64,000 nucleotides of DNA. It comes from an uncultured archaeon (GTDB lineage: Archaea > Nanobdellota > Nanobdellia > Pacearchaeales > GW2011-AR1). This document shows positions 27,739 to 36,738 of this stretch, piece by piece. Under the pieces are notes generated by a model. That model did not search any database. It saw nothing but the letters and a program-made list of their open reading frames with translations, and was not told where the DNA came from. Made by a program: the position numbers and the translations under genes. How positions within the stretch are numbered: the stretch's first letter is position 1; each line of letters starts with the position of its first letter. The stretch spans positions 16,161 through 80,160 of the forward strand of contig CABMGE010000027.1 in the NCBI GenBank assembly GCA_902385625.1, read 5' to 3'.

Positions 27739-29235
27739 TTATCCAAGACCATTGAAAATAATTTCCTTACCATTAAATGCTTTTAGTTTTATTCCGGTTT
27801 TTCCATCACTTCTTTTCTCAAGTTTTCCAACTACTTTTGCTTCAAGATCATGTTCGCAAATCATGGCTATTGCAGAACCAGGTAGAGAAGTTGTAACAAA
27901 ACCTTCATTTCCCATAGGCCATTTTTCATAACAACTTTCAATTGAAGAACAATAAGAAGCCATTAAAACCTCTCTCCAATCAGGATCAAATAACTCTTCA
28001 TTGGAATTTTTTCCTATTTCAACATATAATCCATGCCTTGCAATAGGCTTTGCAAGTTTACCATTAAAAGCCCCTCCACTCATATGATAAACGCTTGTTG
28101 CAAGCCCAGCATCGAATAATTCCTTAAAAACCGGGTAAAATATAGTAGAAGGTTCTGCAAGGTACTTTCCAAATATCTTGCCCTCATCGAGATTATTCCA
28201 ATGTCTTCCAAATAATCTCTCCATTAACTCCCTTTTAACAGTTATACCATTAGAACGTGGATTTGGTTTTCCTCTTATTGAAATTAAACTGTCTCCAGGT
28301 CTTGGACTTGGAAGACTTGCAAGTCTTCTTACATCAATAGTACTTACAACAGAACCGCTAATATTAAATGGACTGAAATAACCCTTTATTCTATCACCAA
28401 CATTTTCATCCTGCATTATAGAAACAATTCCAAGCTCCTTTGCTTTGCTATTTGCCCTATTTATTATATCTTCAACAGGAACATTTCCAGAGTATTCAAT
28501 CAAACCTGAAATTACCTGGGGAGTTGCTCCGAGTTTAATACAATCATCCAGATTCATTGCAAAAAAATCAATTACACCTTCACTATATTTTTCAAATCTC
28601 TCATAAAACTCAGTCTTTGTGCCAATTCCATCAGAATTAATAATCACTGGTTTTCCTTTAGGATCAAAAACACCAAAACAGTTTTCTTTTTCACTCTTTT
28701 CATCATAATAACTAAATGATCCTGGAACCTTTTTTAAAAATTGAGAATTTCTAGAAATAAAACCAATTCCAGTTGAAGTAATATTACACTCACAATTAAC
28801 TCTTTTTCCAAGGTTTGCAAGCTCTCCATTGAGTATTGGAACTCTATAATGTTTAGCTGCATCTCTAAGTGATTCGCCAACAACCCTTACAAGTCCTTCA
28901 TCAGTACTAGAAGCATCAATTACATTAGCAATTCCTACAATTTCAGATTGAATAGAGTTTCCAGCATTAATAATATTTTTAACAACTGACTGTGAATATT
29001 TCACCAAATCTTTTTCTTTAGAGTCCCCACCCTGAGAATAAACAACACAAAGAGAGTTAGAAGGAACATGTATAGCATTAATCCCGTTTTTTCCAGGAAT
29101 AACACAATCCAGATATGGAAAAGAAGTTTTTTTACCAAAAAAATTAAAACTCTGAGTTTCAGAGGCTAGTTCTGCAAGTAACTGAGACATCTTGTCTTTT
29201 TCCTTTATATCAAGCATATACTGTTCTTCTTTCAT
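27739..29235 (-). CDS. AIR synthase (PurM)-like protein with duplicated N-terminal domain
   Basis: NSDGIGTK, AMNLDD, GATP, RSNGIT, HMSGG and MGNEG, plus an extra N-terminal PurM-like half (PILNGELANLG). Confidence 0.75.
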   Translation of the reverse strand: MKEEQYMLDIKEKDKMSQLLAELASETQSFNFFGKKTSFPYLDCVIPGKNGINAIHVPSNSLCVVYSQGGDSKEKDLVKYSQSVVKNIINAGNSIQSEIVGIANVIDASSTDEGLVRVVGESLRDAAKHYRVPILNGELANLGKRVNCECNITSTGIGFISRNSQFLKKVPGSFSYYDEKSEKENCFGVFDPKGKPVIINSDGIGTKTEFYERFEKYSEGVIDFFAMNLDDCIKLGATPQVISGLIEYSGNVPVEDIINRANSKAKELGIVSIMQDENVGDRIKGYFSPFNISGSVVSTIDVRRLASLPSPRPGDSLISIRGKPNPRSNGITVKRELMERLFGRHWNNLDEGKIFGKYLAEPSTIFYPVFKELFDAGLATSVYHMSGGAFNGKLAKPIARHGLYVEIGKNSNEELFDPDWREVLMASYCSSIESCYEKWPMGNEGFVTTSLPGSAIAMICEHDLEAKVVGKLEKRSDGKTGIKLKAFNGKEIIFNGLG

Positions 29236-29329
29236 TTTTATTAAAATAAAAAAGAACTTTTAAACAAAATCACACTGGAAAATATATTAAGAACTATCTA
29301 CAAAATCATTTAAAGCTCTAAGATGATTA

Positions 29330-29695
29330 TTAATAATCTTCACCACTAATTTGTTCATCTTCAGAATCTAAGTCCAATGGTTTTTGCTTTTCATTTGGAT
29401 TTATTTTATCAGTTATCTTTTCGATTGTTCCAAACTTTCCAGAAGTAAGTTGCTTTTCTCCTTGAAACTCGCTAACATAGCCATTATTAACCTTAATAAC
29501 ATCTCCATTTTTAAATCTTGTAACATCATCGTTCCAAAGAGTTAATTTTATATTTCCAGAATCATCACTAAGAATTGCATTTGCAACCTTCAAATCTTTT
29601 CCAAATTTGGTAAATGTTCTTGTGTCTCCAATATCTTTTATAGTGCCTTGTACTTCAACATTTCCCTGATTTGTTTTTAGTTCAGATATTTTCAT
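29330..29695 (-). CDS. Single-OB-fold ssDNA-binding protein (RPA/SSB)
   Basis: VANAILSDDSGNIKLTLW and NGYVSEFQG motifs; acidic tail. Confidence 0.9.
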   Translation of the reverse strand: MKISELKTNQGNVEVQGTIKDIGDTRTFTKFGKDLKVANAILSDDSGNIKLTLWNDDVTRFKNGDVIKVNNGYVSEFQGEKQLTSGKFGTIEKITDKINPNEKQKPLDLDSEDEQISGEDY

Positions 29696-29797
29696 GATAA
29701 TTATTGTTATTAAGATTATTTAAAGCTATGTAAAAAAAATTAAAATAGACCTAAGTCAATAGAAAATTTTAAAAAAATAAAGATAAAAATCTTTTTC

Positions 29798-30826
29798 TTA
29801 ACCGCAACTTGCACCAGTAGAAGCTCCAGCACTAGCACCAAAGCCAGCAGTCATTGCACTAGTTGAAAGGTTTTGTGAACATTCACTAGGTTTAGTATTA
29901 TATGCATTACATATTGCTTCTTTTATTGCATTAGCTGTTCTATCAACTTGAACTTGAACTCCGTTTATAACAAAAGTTGGAGATCCGCCAATTCCAAGTT
30001 TACTAGCTTGTGCACCTTGAGCATCATAGATTTTCTGTGCATCTGTTTTAATACAAGAATCTATCTTAGATTTATCCAATGCAAGTGTAGTATAAATCTT
30101 TGCAACTAAAGGATCAACACAAGTTGCTTCTCCATTACAAGAGCCAATTGCACTGTTTTCATCAAATGATTTTAAGTATTTGAATAGCTTATCTCTTCCA
30201 TAAAGCTTTTCAATACATACTTGTCTGTATGATTCAGCTTTTTCAAAATCGCCATGCATTGCACCAATTGCAACAATGCCAATATCTGCTTTAGTTTTTA
30301 ATAAATCATAAACAGGTATTAATGCTTTTTCAAATTGTAATCCATAAGGACAATATGAGAATATAAATGCTTCAACTTTTGGTTTGTCAGACTTAGGAAC
30401 ATCTTGTTGTTGAGGGGGGTTCGAAGGATTATCAGTAGTTTTAGGAGTTAAAGGTATTAAACTTGGTATAAGATTTTGTCCATCTTGAGTAACATAAACA
30501 GGAACTTCTTGTCCTTGCATTGAAAGAACAACTTCATATAAAGCACCTTGTTTGCTTACATTAATAAGAGTAGCATCAATTCCTTGGGCTTTTGCAAAGT
30601 CTACAACTTTTTGACCTGCAACAGCAGAACTTACTGAACTACCTCCAGCAAGATTAGTGTATAAAATAAAAGCAAGTAATATTATAACAACAACTCCAAG
30701 TACTGCACTAAATATTTTCCAGTCATTTCTTCTTTTATGAGTTGAATGCTCAGAATGCTCTGCATGCTCAGAATGTTCTTTATGTTCTGAATGATGCTCT
30801 TTATGTTCCTTCTTTTCTTCAGCCAT
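29798..30826 (-). CDS. Membrane-anchored DsbA/thioredoxin-fold protein with His/Glu-rich N-terminus
   Basis: FIFSYCPYG, GIGGSPTFVING; TM segment; EH-rich repeats. Confidence 0.8.
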   Translation of the reverse strand: MAEEKKEHKEHHSEHKEHSEHAEHSEHSTHKRRNDWKIFSAVLGVVVIILLAFILYTNLAGGSSVSSAVAGQKVVDFAKAQGIDATLINVSKQGALYEVVLSMQGQEVPVYVTQDGQNLIPSLIPLTPKTTDNPSNPPQQQDVPKSDKPKVEAFIFSYCPYGLQFEKALIPVYDLLKTKADIGIVAIGAMHGDFEKAESYRQVCIEKLYGRDKLFKYLKSFDENSAIGSCNGEATCVDPLVAKIYTTLALDKSKIDSCIKTDAQKIYDAQGAQASKLGIGGSPTFVINGVQVQVDRTANAIKEAICNAYNTKPSECSQNLSTSAMTAGFGASAGASTGASCG

Positions 30827-30973
30827 ATTTTGTTTAATTTATAGACCTTTTTAAATCTTGCGAATTTTATTCCTATTTATTTTTCAGGATTTCTCTTGGA
30901 TTTTTTTAAAAGTAAACAATAATAATTAATATAAACCCAAGTATTCTACTAGTTATAAAGAGGAGAAAAAAAG

Positions 30974-32281
30974 ATGGGATATGATATTATTCTTGGAAGA
31001 GATAAAGAAGACAAGAAGCTATTTGGAAATAAAGGGATTATCTATCTGGGAAAAGGATATGTTCAAATGGGAAACTATACTTCTCTTTCAAATAGAATCT
31101 GGATGGATGTTGTAAGAACTCATGTAATTCTAATTGCAGGTAAAAGAGGTGGAGGAAAATCTTATTCAATAGGAGTGATTGCAGAAGAACTTTCAGATCT
31201 TCCTCCAGAAGTAAAGAAAAATATTGCACCAATTATATTTGATACAATGGGAATATTTTGGACAATGAAATACAAAAATGATAAAGAGTTGGAGTTACTC
31301 GAAGAATGGGGATTAAAATCAAGAAACCTTCCAGTAACAGTATGGGTTCCTGCAGGATATTATGAAGAATATCTAAAAAAAGAAATTCCTGCAGACAAGA
31401 GATTTGCACTTGCAGCATCAGAATTGGAAATCGAAGACTGGCTTTCGATTTTTGAACTTGATATGATTTCATCAGTATCAGTTTTATTGCAAAAAACAAT
31501 TTCAAAACTAAAAGCTTTGGGAAATTTTGATCTTGACGATATAATAACTGAAATAAAAAATGATAAAGAATTAGATATATCTACAAAAAATTCAGGAGCA
31601 GCATTATTTGAAGCAGCAAAATCATGGAGAGTTTTTGCAAAGAAAAATGAAAAGGCAACAAAAATAAGCGAGTTAGTAGTGGCAGGAGAAACAACAATTT
31701 TAGATCTTTCAGTTTATTCCTCAGTTGCAACATTCAATGTAAGAGCACTAGTAATTGGACTTATCTCAAAAAGATTATTTGATGAAAGAATGCTTGCAAG
31801 AAAAAAAGAAGAAATAGTATCAATACAACATGGACTTAATTCCTCTTTTGAAGAAACAAAAGAAATGCCTCTTGTCTGGATGTTTCTAGATGAGGCCCAT
31901 GAATTTCTTCCAATGAATGATAAGACCCCTGCAACAAATGCACTAATACAATTGCTAAGAGAAGGAAGACAGCCAGGAATATCAATGGTACTTGCAACTC
32001 AGCAGCCAGGAGTAATTCACAGAGATGTCATGACTCAGTCAGATATAGTTATATCCCATAGACTAACAAATAAAGAAGATCTTTCAGCACTAAATACCAT
32101 GATGCAGAGTTATTTAATCGAAGGTATAACAAAAACTATGAACAATCTTCCAGAACTAAAAGGTTCTGCAATTCTTTTAGATGATAACTCTGAAAGAATC
32201 TACCCAATAAGAATAAGGCCAAGATTTACCTGGCATGGTGGAGAAGCCCCAAAAGCAATTAAAAGAGAAGATCGAGATTGA
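30974..32281 (+). CDS. HerA/FtsK-superfamily (DUF87) ATPase
   Basis: GKRGGGKS, FDTMG, LDEAHEF, REGRQPG and LATQQP motifs. Confidence 0.88.
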   Translation: MGYDIILGRDKEDKKLFGNKGIIYLGKGYVQMGNYTSLSNRIWMDVVRTHVILIAGKRGGGKSYSIGVIAEELSDLPPEVKKNIAPIIFDTMGIFWTMKYKNDKELELLEEWGLKSRNLPVTVWVPAGYYEEYLKKEIPADKRFALAASELEIEDWLSIFELDMISSVSVLLQKTISKLKALGNFDLDDIITEIKNDKELDISTKNSGAALFEAAKSWRVFAKKNEKATKISELVVAGETTILDLSVYSSVATFNVRALVIGLISKRLFDERMLARKKEEIVSIQHGLNSSFEETKEMPLVWMFLDEAHEFLPMNDKTPATNALIQLLREGRQPGISMVLATQQPGVIHRDVMTQSDIVISHRLTNKEDLSALNTMMQSYLIEGITKTMNNLPELKGSAILLDDNSERIYPIRIRPRFTWHGGEAPKAIKREDRD

Positions 32282-32350
32282 AGAACCGTATAATCTTTAG
32301 ATTATCATTCCAGAATTCTTTATTATTCTTGCACGTCTGATTCATTATGG

Positions 32351-32397
32351 TTTTATTTACTCTCTCCCCGAATATTGAGAGGGATAAAGAAAAATAA
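32351..32397. repeat. Dispersed ~50-bp palindrome, copy 3 (inverted orientation)
   Basis: Reverse complement ttatttttctttatccctctcaatattcggggagagagtaaataaaa; lies between convergent genes. Confidence 0.75.
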
Positions 32398-32449
32398 ATA
32401 GTTTTTAGAGGTTATAATTTAATTAAAGACCATAATAATTCATCAGAGA

Positions 32450-33238
32450 TTATTTCTTTTCTTCAAGCACAGCCATCACACCAAGATGATCTGAAACTTT
32501 CCTGTCAAGAACATAATAATCTTTAAACTCAAGTTTAGGTGAAGCAAATACCCAGTCAATCCTCTTCCTAGGTTTTCTTGAAGGAAAAGTTTCAAGTCCT
32601 TTTTCCAAAGGATTATATGCATTTATATTAAGACCAGTACAAATCTTGTCCAGAAGTTTTTCTCCATTCCATTCAGAGTTAAAATCTCCTCCAACTATAA
32701 GGGGCATTTTTCTTGTCTCTTCGTGAATAGTCCTTACAAGAGAGTATGCATTTTTTTGTCTTGCTCTTTTTGGGAAAAGATGAAGAGCTACAAAATGAGC
32801 AGAAACAAAATCAATAGGATGTTTATGAAATTCAGGAATATTAATAGTTCCCTTGGTAAAGCCCTTTCCTCTGAAAGGAATAGTATCAAAAAAATTGTAA
32901 GACAGAGAATTTTTAACAGGATATTTGGAAATTATTGCAGTACCATATAGAAAAAAATTATTTTCAGGATCTATTTTAGCATCTTCACCGGAAAAATAAG
33001 GATATCCTGAAATTTCTGATAGTTCAGAAAGATGATCAAATCTTCCAGAAAGTATTGAATATCTCTCTGCCTCTTGCATAAGGATTACATCCGGACCTTC
33101 ATGATTTATCATATCAGATACCTCGCGAAGATTATCTCTTACTTTTTTTCTAGAAACAATTGGTTTAAAGAGATAAGGCGGACATATCCCCCTTCCATGA
33201 TAAAGATTAAGACTCATTACCTTAAGATAAGATTTCAT
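32450..33238 (-). CDS. Endonuclease/exonuclease/phosphatase family protein
   Basis: SLNLY, DVILMQE, GGDFN, TFPS..P..RIDWVF and SDH motifs. Confidence 0.9.
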   Translation of the reverse strand: MKSYLKVMSLNLYHGRGICPPYLFKPIVSRKKVRDNLREVSDMINHEGPDVILMQEAERYSILSGRFDHLSELSEISGYPYFSGEDAKIDPENNFFLYGTAIISKYPVKNSLSYNFFDTIPFRGKGFTKGTINIPEFHKHPIDFVSAHFVALHLFPKRARQKNAYSLVRTIHEETRKMPLIVGGDFNSEWNGEKLLDKICTGLNINAYNPLEKGLETFPSRKPRKRIDWVFASPKLEFKDYYVLDRKVSDHLGVMAVLEEKK

Positions 33239-33283
33239 CAAATTAAACTAACTAAACCATTTATAATATTTTTGATGATATAG

Positions 33284-33586
33284 TCATATAAACCTATAAC
33301 CATACTTATTCAAATCAACCTTCCCATGTTTAACTTCAACCCTGTCTTTTTTTAAAAGTTCAATTTTCTTTTGAACTCCTTTTGCATATCCACCAATACT
33401 GCCATTACTGCAAACAACCTTGTAACAAGGAATATTAATTAAATCGCAATTTTTATGCATTGCATTCCCAACAGCACGATAGGCTCTTGAACCAAGTTTT
33501 CTTGCAATCTCCTTATAGGTTACAACTTTTCCTTTTGGAACCTTTTTTAAAAGCAAATAGCATTTATTATTAAAATTTTTAATCAT
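33284..33586 (-). CDS. ogt: O6-methylguanine-DNA methyltransferase-family protein (DNA-binding domain only)
   Basis: VPKGKVVTYKEIA, RAVGNAM, IPCYKVV, GGY motifs. Confidence 0.8.
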   Translation of the reverse strand: MIKNFNNKCYLLLKKVPKGKVVTYKEIARKLGSRAYRAVGNAMHKNCDLINIPCYKVVCSNGSIGGYAKGVQKKIELLKKDRVEVKHGKVDLNKYGYRFI

Positions 33587-33739
33587 TTTTTATGAGTAAA
33601 TTTTTAGTATGGAATGAATTTAGATTAAAATTTTCTATTTTTGATCAAATTTACTTTGGTAAAAATAGCTAAATTATCTAACTTATGACAATAAGTTATA
33701 TACATCAAATTATTTAAACCATATCAATATGAATAATAT

Positions 33740-35440
33740 ATGAAAGAAAGAAACCTCGCAATAACTATAACTTTAATTTTAGCAATACTTGGAATAATTC
33801 TAGGAGTTTTATTTTCATCAGGAATCTTGTTTTCAAATAATTTTACAAATAGTTATTATGAGTTTAATTTTTACAAATCAGACTTAAAAATAAATGGAAC
33901 TCATGTAGAAGAAAAACTTTACTATACTCCTGATAAAAATTACCATACATTATTTAGAAATTTCGAGTCATTAATAACACCTAAAGGAGATTATTCTGTT
34001 AAAAACTCAGTTATTATAAATTCAGTAAATTGTGGGGCAGGAAATCCCTACTATAAGATATCAGGTTCCTGCTATACAATGCCTGATTTTCAAACACAAA
34101 ATTCTTGTAAGCCTTATACTGAAAATAATGAATATGGTTGTACATTTGGAGATACTCTGGGTTTTGAAGAAGGAAATAACTTTTGGATTTCTTCAGAGTT
34201 CACATTAAACCCAGATAATCTTTTTAAAATAAATGGAAAATACTACATTAAATTTATAGCATACGGAAGAAATAAGCACAAAACATTAACAACAGAGGAT
34301 AATCTTAGAATCACAGGTAATGCAGTTTATACAAATAAATACCTTTCAAAAGAATATGTTATAATCTATATACCTTATGAAGGGGAAATAAATAATTTTA
34401 ACATAATTGAAAAACCGAATTTTGAATATGACTCAATTCCCAAGAAAAAGCAAAGCATGATTATTATCATAATAACCAGCATATTCTTTATTCTACTGCA
34501 TCTAATTCCATCAGTATTATTCTTCTGTTCCTGGTACTTTTTTGGAAAGGAATTAACAGAAGAAGATGTTCCAAGTCAACTAAGCCAGAGCCCAACTGAC
34601 AGAAAACCCTGGGAAGTAGCCAGCTTTTTTAATCCCCCTTTTGGAAGAATAGACTCAAATTTCTTTTCAACAATGCTCTTTGATTTTTATAGAAGAAAAA
34701 TTATTGATTTAAAACTTGTTAAAAAATTTTTTGGAAACAATCTATTAATCAAAATAAATGAAAATAAGGCAACAAATTTAGATAACATAGAAAAAGAATT
34801 CCTAATAATTCTTAAAAAATTAAAAGAATCATGCCCTAAAAAAGAAGTAAGTAATGATTATTTTAACCTAAACAAATCATTAAGTTCATATAAAACAAAA
34901 TTGGAAATGAGTTCTATTTATCAGACTTTTCAAAAAAGCATTGATGAAGAATCAAAAAAATATCTTGAGAAAAAAGGACTTCCTTTTTTTATGATTTCAA
35001 GTTTGATTCTATGTTTTATTTCTTTTTTCACAGTTATAACCATATTCTTTTTATCATTTATATCAATATTTATAGTAATTATTTTGTCTGTTGGAAGTTC
35101 TCTTCTGATAAAATACAAAAAAGATTTTTATATAGAATATCAAAAATGGCAATCATTCAAAAAATGGCTTAAAGGTTCTCCTGCAATGAGGGAAAGTAAG
35201 TTTAAAGGAGTGGTATTATGGGAGAAATATTTGGTTTATGGAACAGCTCTCGGAGTGTCAAAACAGGTTTTAAAAGAATTAAAAAATGAAGGAATAATAG
35301 ACGATAGAAGATATAATTTTTATTCAGGAGTCTATGTAGCATCAAATTCATTTGCAACTTCCTCAGGTGGAGGCCATGGCGGAGGATTTGGAGGAGCAGG
35401 CGGAGGAGGAGTTGGCGGTGGTGGCGGTGGCGGAAGATAA
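33740..35440 (+). CDS. DUF2207-like membrane protein
   Basis: Extracellular N-domain, TMs, WQSFKKWL, LWEKYLVYGTALGV, Gly-rich C-terminal tail. Confidence 0.8.
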   Translation: MKERNLAITITLILAILGIILGVLFSSGILFSNNFTNSYYEFNFYKSDLKINGTHVEEKLYYTPDKNYHTLFRNFESLITPKGDYSVKNSVIINSVNCGAGNPYYKISGSCYTMPDFQTQNSCKPYTENNEYGCTFGDTLGFEEGNNFWISSEFTLNPDNLFKINGKYYIKFIAYGRNKHKTLTTEDNLRITGNAVYTNKYLSKEYVIIYIPYEGEINNFNIIEKPNFEYDSIPKKKQSMIIIIITSIFFILLHLIPSVLFFCSWYFFGKELTEEDVPSQLSQSPTDRKPWEVASFFNPPFGRIDSNFFSTMLFDFYRRKIIDLKLVKKFFGNNLLIKINENKATNLDNIEKEFLIILKKLKESCPKKEVSNDYFNLNKSLSSYKTKLEMSSIYQTFQKSIDEESKKYLEKKGLPFFMISSLILCFISFFTVITIFFLSFISIFIVIILSVGSSLLIKYKKDFYIEYQKWQSFKKWLKGSPAMRESKFKGVVLWEKYLVYGTALGVSKQVLKELKNEGIIDDRRYNFYSGVYVASNSFATSSGGGHGGGFGGAGGGGVGGGGGGGR

Positions 35441-35500
35441 GTTTTCACATTCTTAAAGCATAAACAAAATAGAAATATCTCTCTAACTAAGACTTACTTT

Positions 35501-35896
35501 TTACAATCCATCAATAATTCCCTTAAGATTATAAGAAGTTATATAATTTTTATCTATATCATTTATTGATCCAGGGTTGCGCTTTAAAAAATTATCAGGA
35601 CAAAGTACAAGTCGTTCCGGAGTATAATTAAGCTTTTTATATTTCTCTCCAGAGATTAAATGATCTCCCTCTGAATTTTCTTTAAATCTAACTCCAAATA
35701 AAGTAGGAGGATTATTTGAAATAAGAAAACCAACTAACTTTTCACCAACTATAACTCTTCCTTTAGTATTTTTGTCTCCAGAAAGAACATTCGTAATTAA
35801 AACACTATCAACAAGCTGTGAAAGATCAGAATAATCACGAATAGGTTGTATTTCACTTCTTCCTAAATTAAGCCTATAAGTCTCAACAGTTGACAT
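35501..35896 (-). CDS. Hypothetical protein (last gene of 8-gene operon)
   Basis: 131-aa ORF; AGGAG Shine-Dalgarno; 8 bp from the upstream gene. Confidence 0.65.
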   Translation of the reverse strand: MSTVETYRLNLGRSEIQPIRDYSDLSQLVDSVLITNVLSGDKNTKGRVIVGEKLVGFLISNNPPTLFGVRFKENSEGDHLISGEKYKKLNYTPERLVLCPDNFLKRNPGSINDIDKNYITSYNLKGIIDGL

Positions 35897-35904
35897 TTTT
35901 ACTC

Positions 35905-36738
35905 CTATTCATTTTTTATATGAAGTCCTGAAACATAAATTAATGCTTCTTTACTCATATAATCAGTGAGTAGTCTCATTTGTATTAATTTCTCTGTATT
36001 TAACCATTCACTTGCTTTGCTAATATTCTGCTTGTTATACATATCAAAACCAAGTTCATCAAATCTCTTGAAAAGTTTAGAAAGTTTTTCAGTATTTTCA
36101 TGAAAATTATTTGCATTTTCTTTTCTCTCATTCTCATAGAGTTTCATAAATAGTGAAGAATAACCGCCAATATTTAATCTATTTAAATCAAAACCAAGGG
36201 ATTTTAGAGAATTTAAATTATTTTCAGAATGTTGAAATAATCTTTGTGCAGAACTTATACTGTCATCTTTATTGTTGTCATAAATATTTGCTGCAAAATT
36301 AAGATAAGAATCATTAGAAAATACATAAACCCTGTTATCAGGAGTATTATGATACTGATTTAAGGGTTTTCCAAAATTAGAATTAAGAGTCAAGCTATCT
36401 CTAACTAAACCTTTTTCTAAATTACCAACATTTGTTAAATGGCCAAGTAAATTTGAAAAAAGTTTAAGTTTATTATTGGAAATGGCATTTTTATAAAAAA
36501 CAGAATAATAAACAGGACTGTCCACAGGATAGTTGGGAAAAACAACTGCATCTAAAACATTTGCAATCGGAAGAAGATCTTCAATTTTTACTGCATGCAT
36601 GTCTTTTTTAGAAAGTCCTTCAAGATACTCTAAAAAACCTGCATCTTCTTCAAATCTTCCAAGTCTTTCTCGAAGTTTTTCATTTTTGTCTTTAGATAAA
36701 AATAATTCAAGTCCCTGGCAAGTTTGTTCCAGATTCAT
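35905..36738 (-). CDS. Hypothetical protein
   Basis: 277-aa ORF; ATGA overlap with upstream gene; GGAGG Shine-Dalgarno. Confidence 0.7.
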   Translation of the reverse strand: MNLEQTCQGLELFLSKDKNEKLRERLGRFEEDAGFLEYLEGLSKKDMHAVKIEDLLPIANVLDAVVFPNYPVDSPVYYSVFYKNAISNNKLKLFSNLLGHLTNVGNLEKGLVRDSLTLNSNFGKPLNQYHNTPDNRVYVFSNDSYLNFAANIYDNNKDDSISSAQRLFQHSENNLNSLKSLGFDLNRLNIGGYSSLFMKLYENERKENANNFHENTEKLSKLFKRFDELGFDMYNKQNISKASEWLNTEKLIQMRLLTDYMSKEALIYVSGLHIKNE

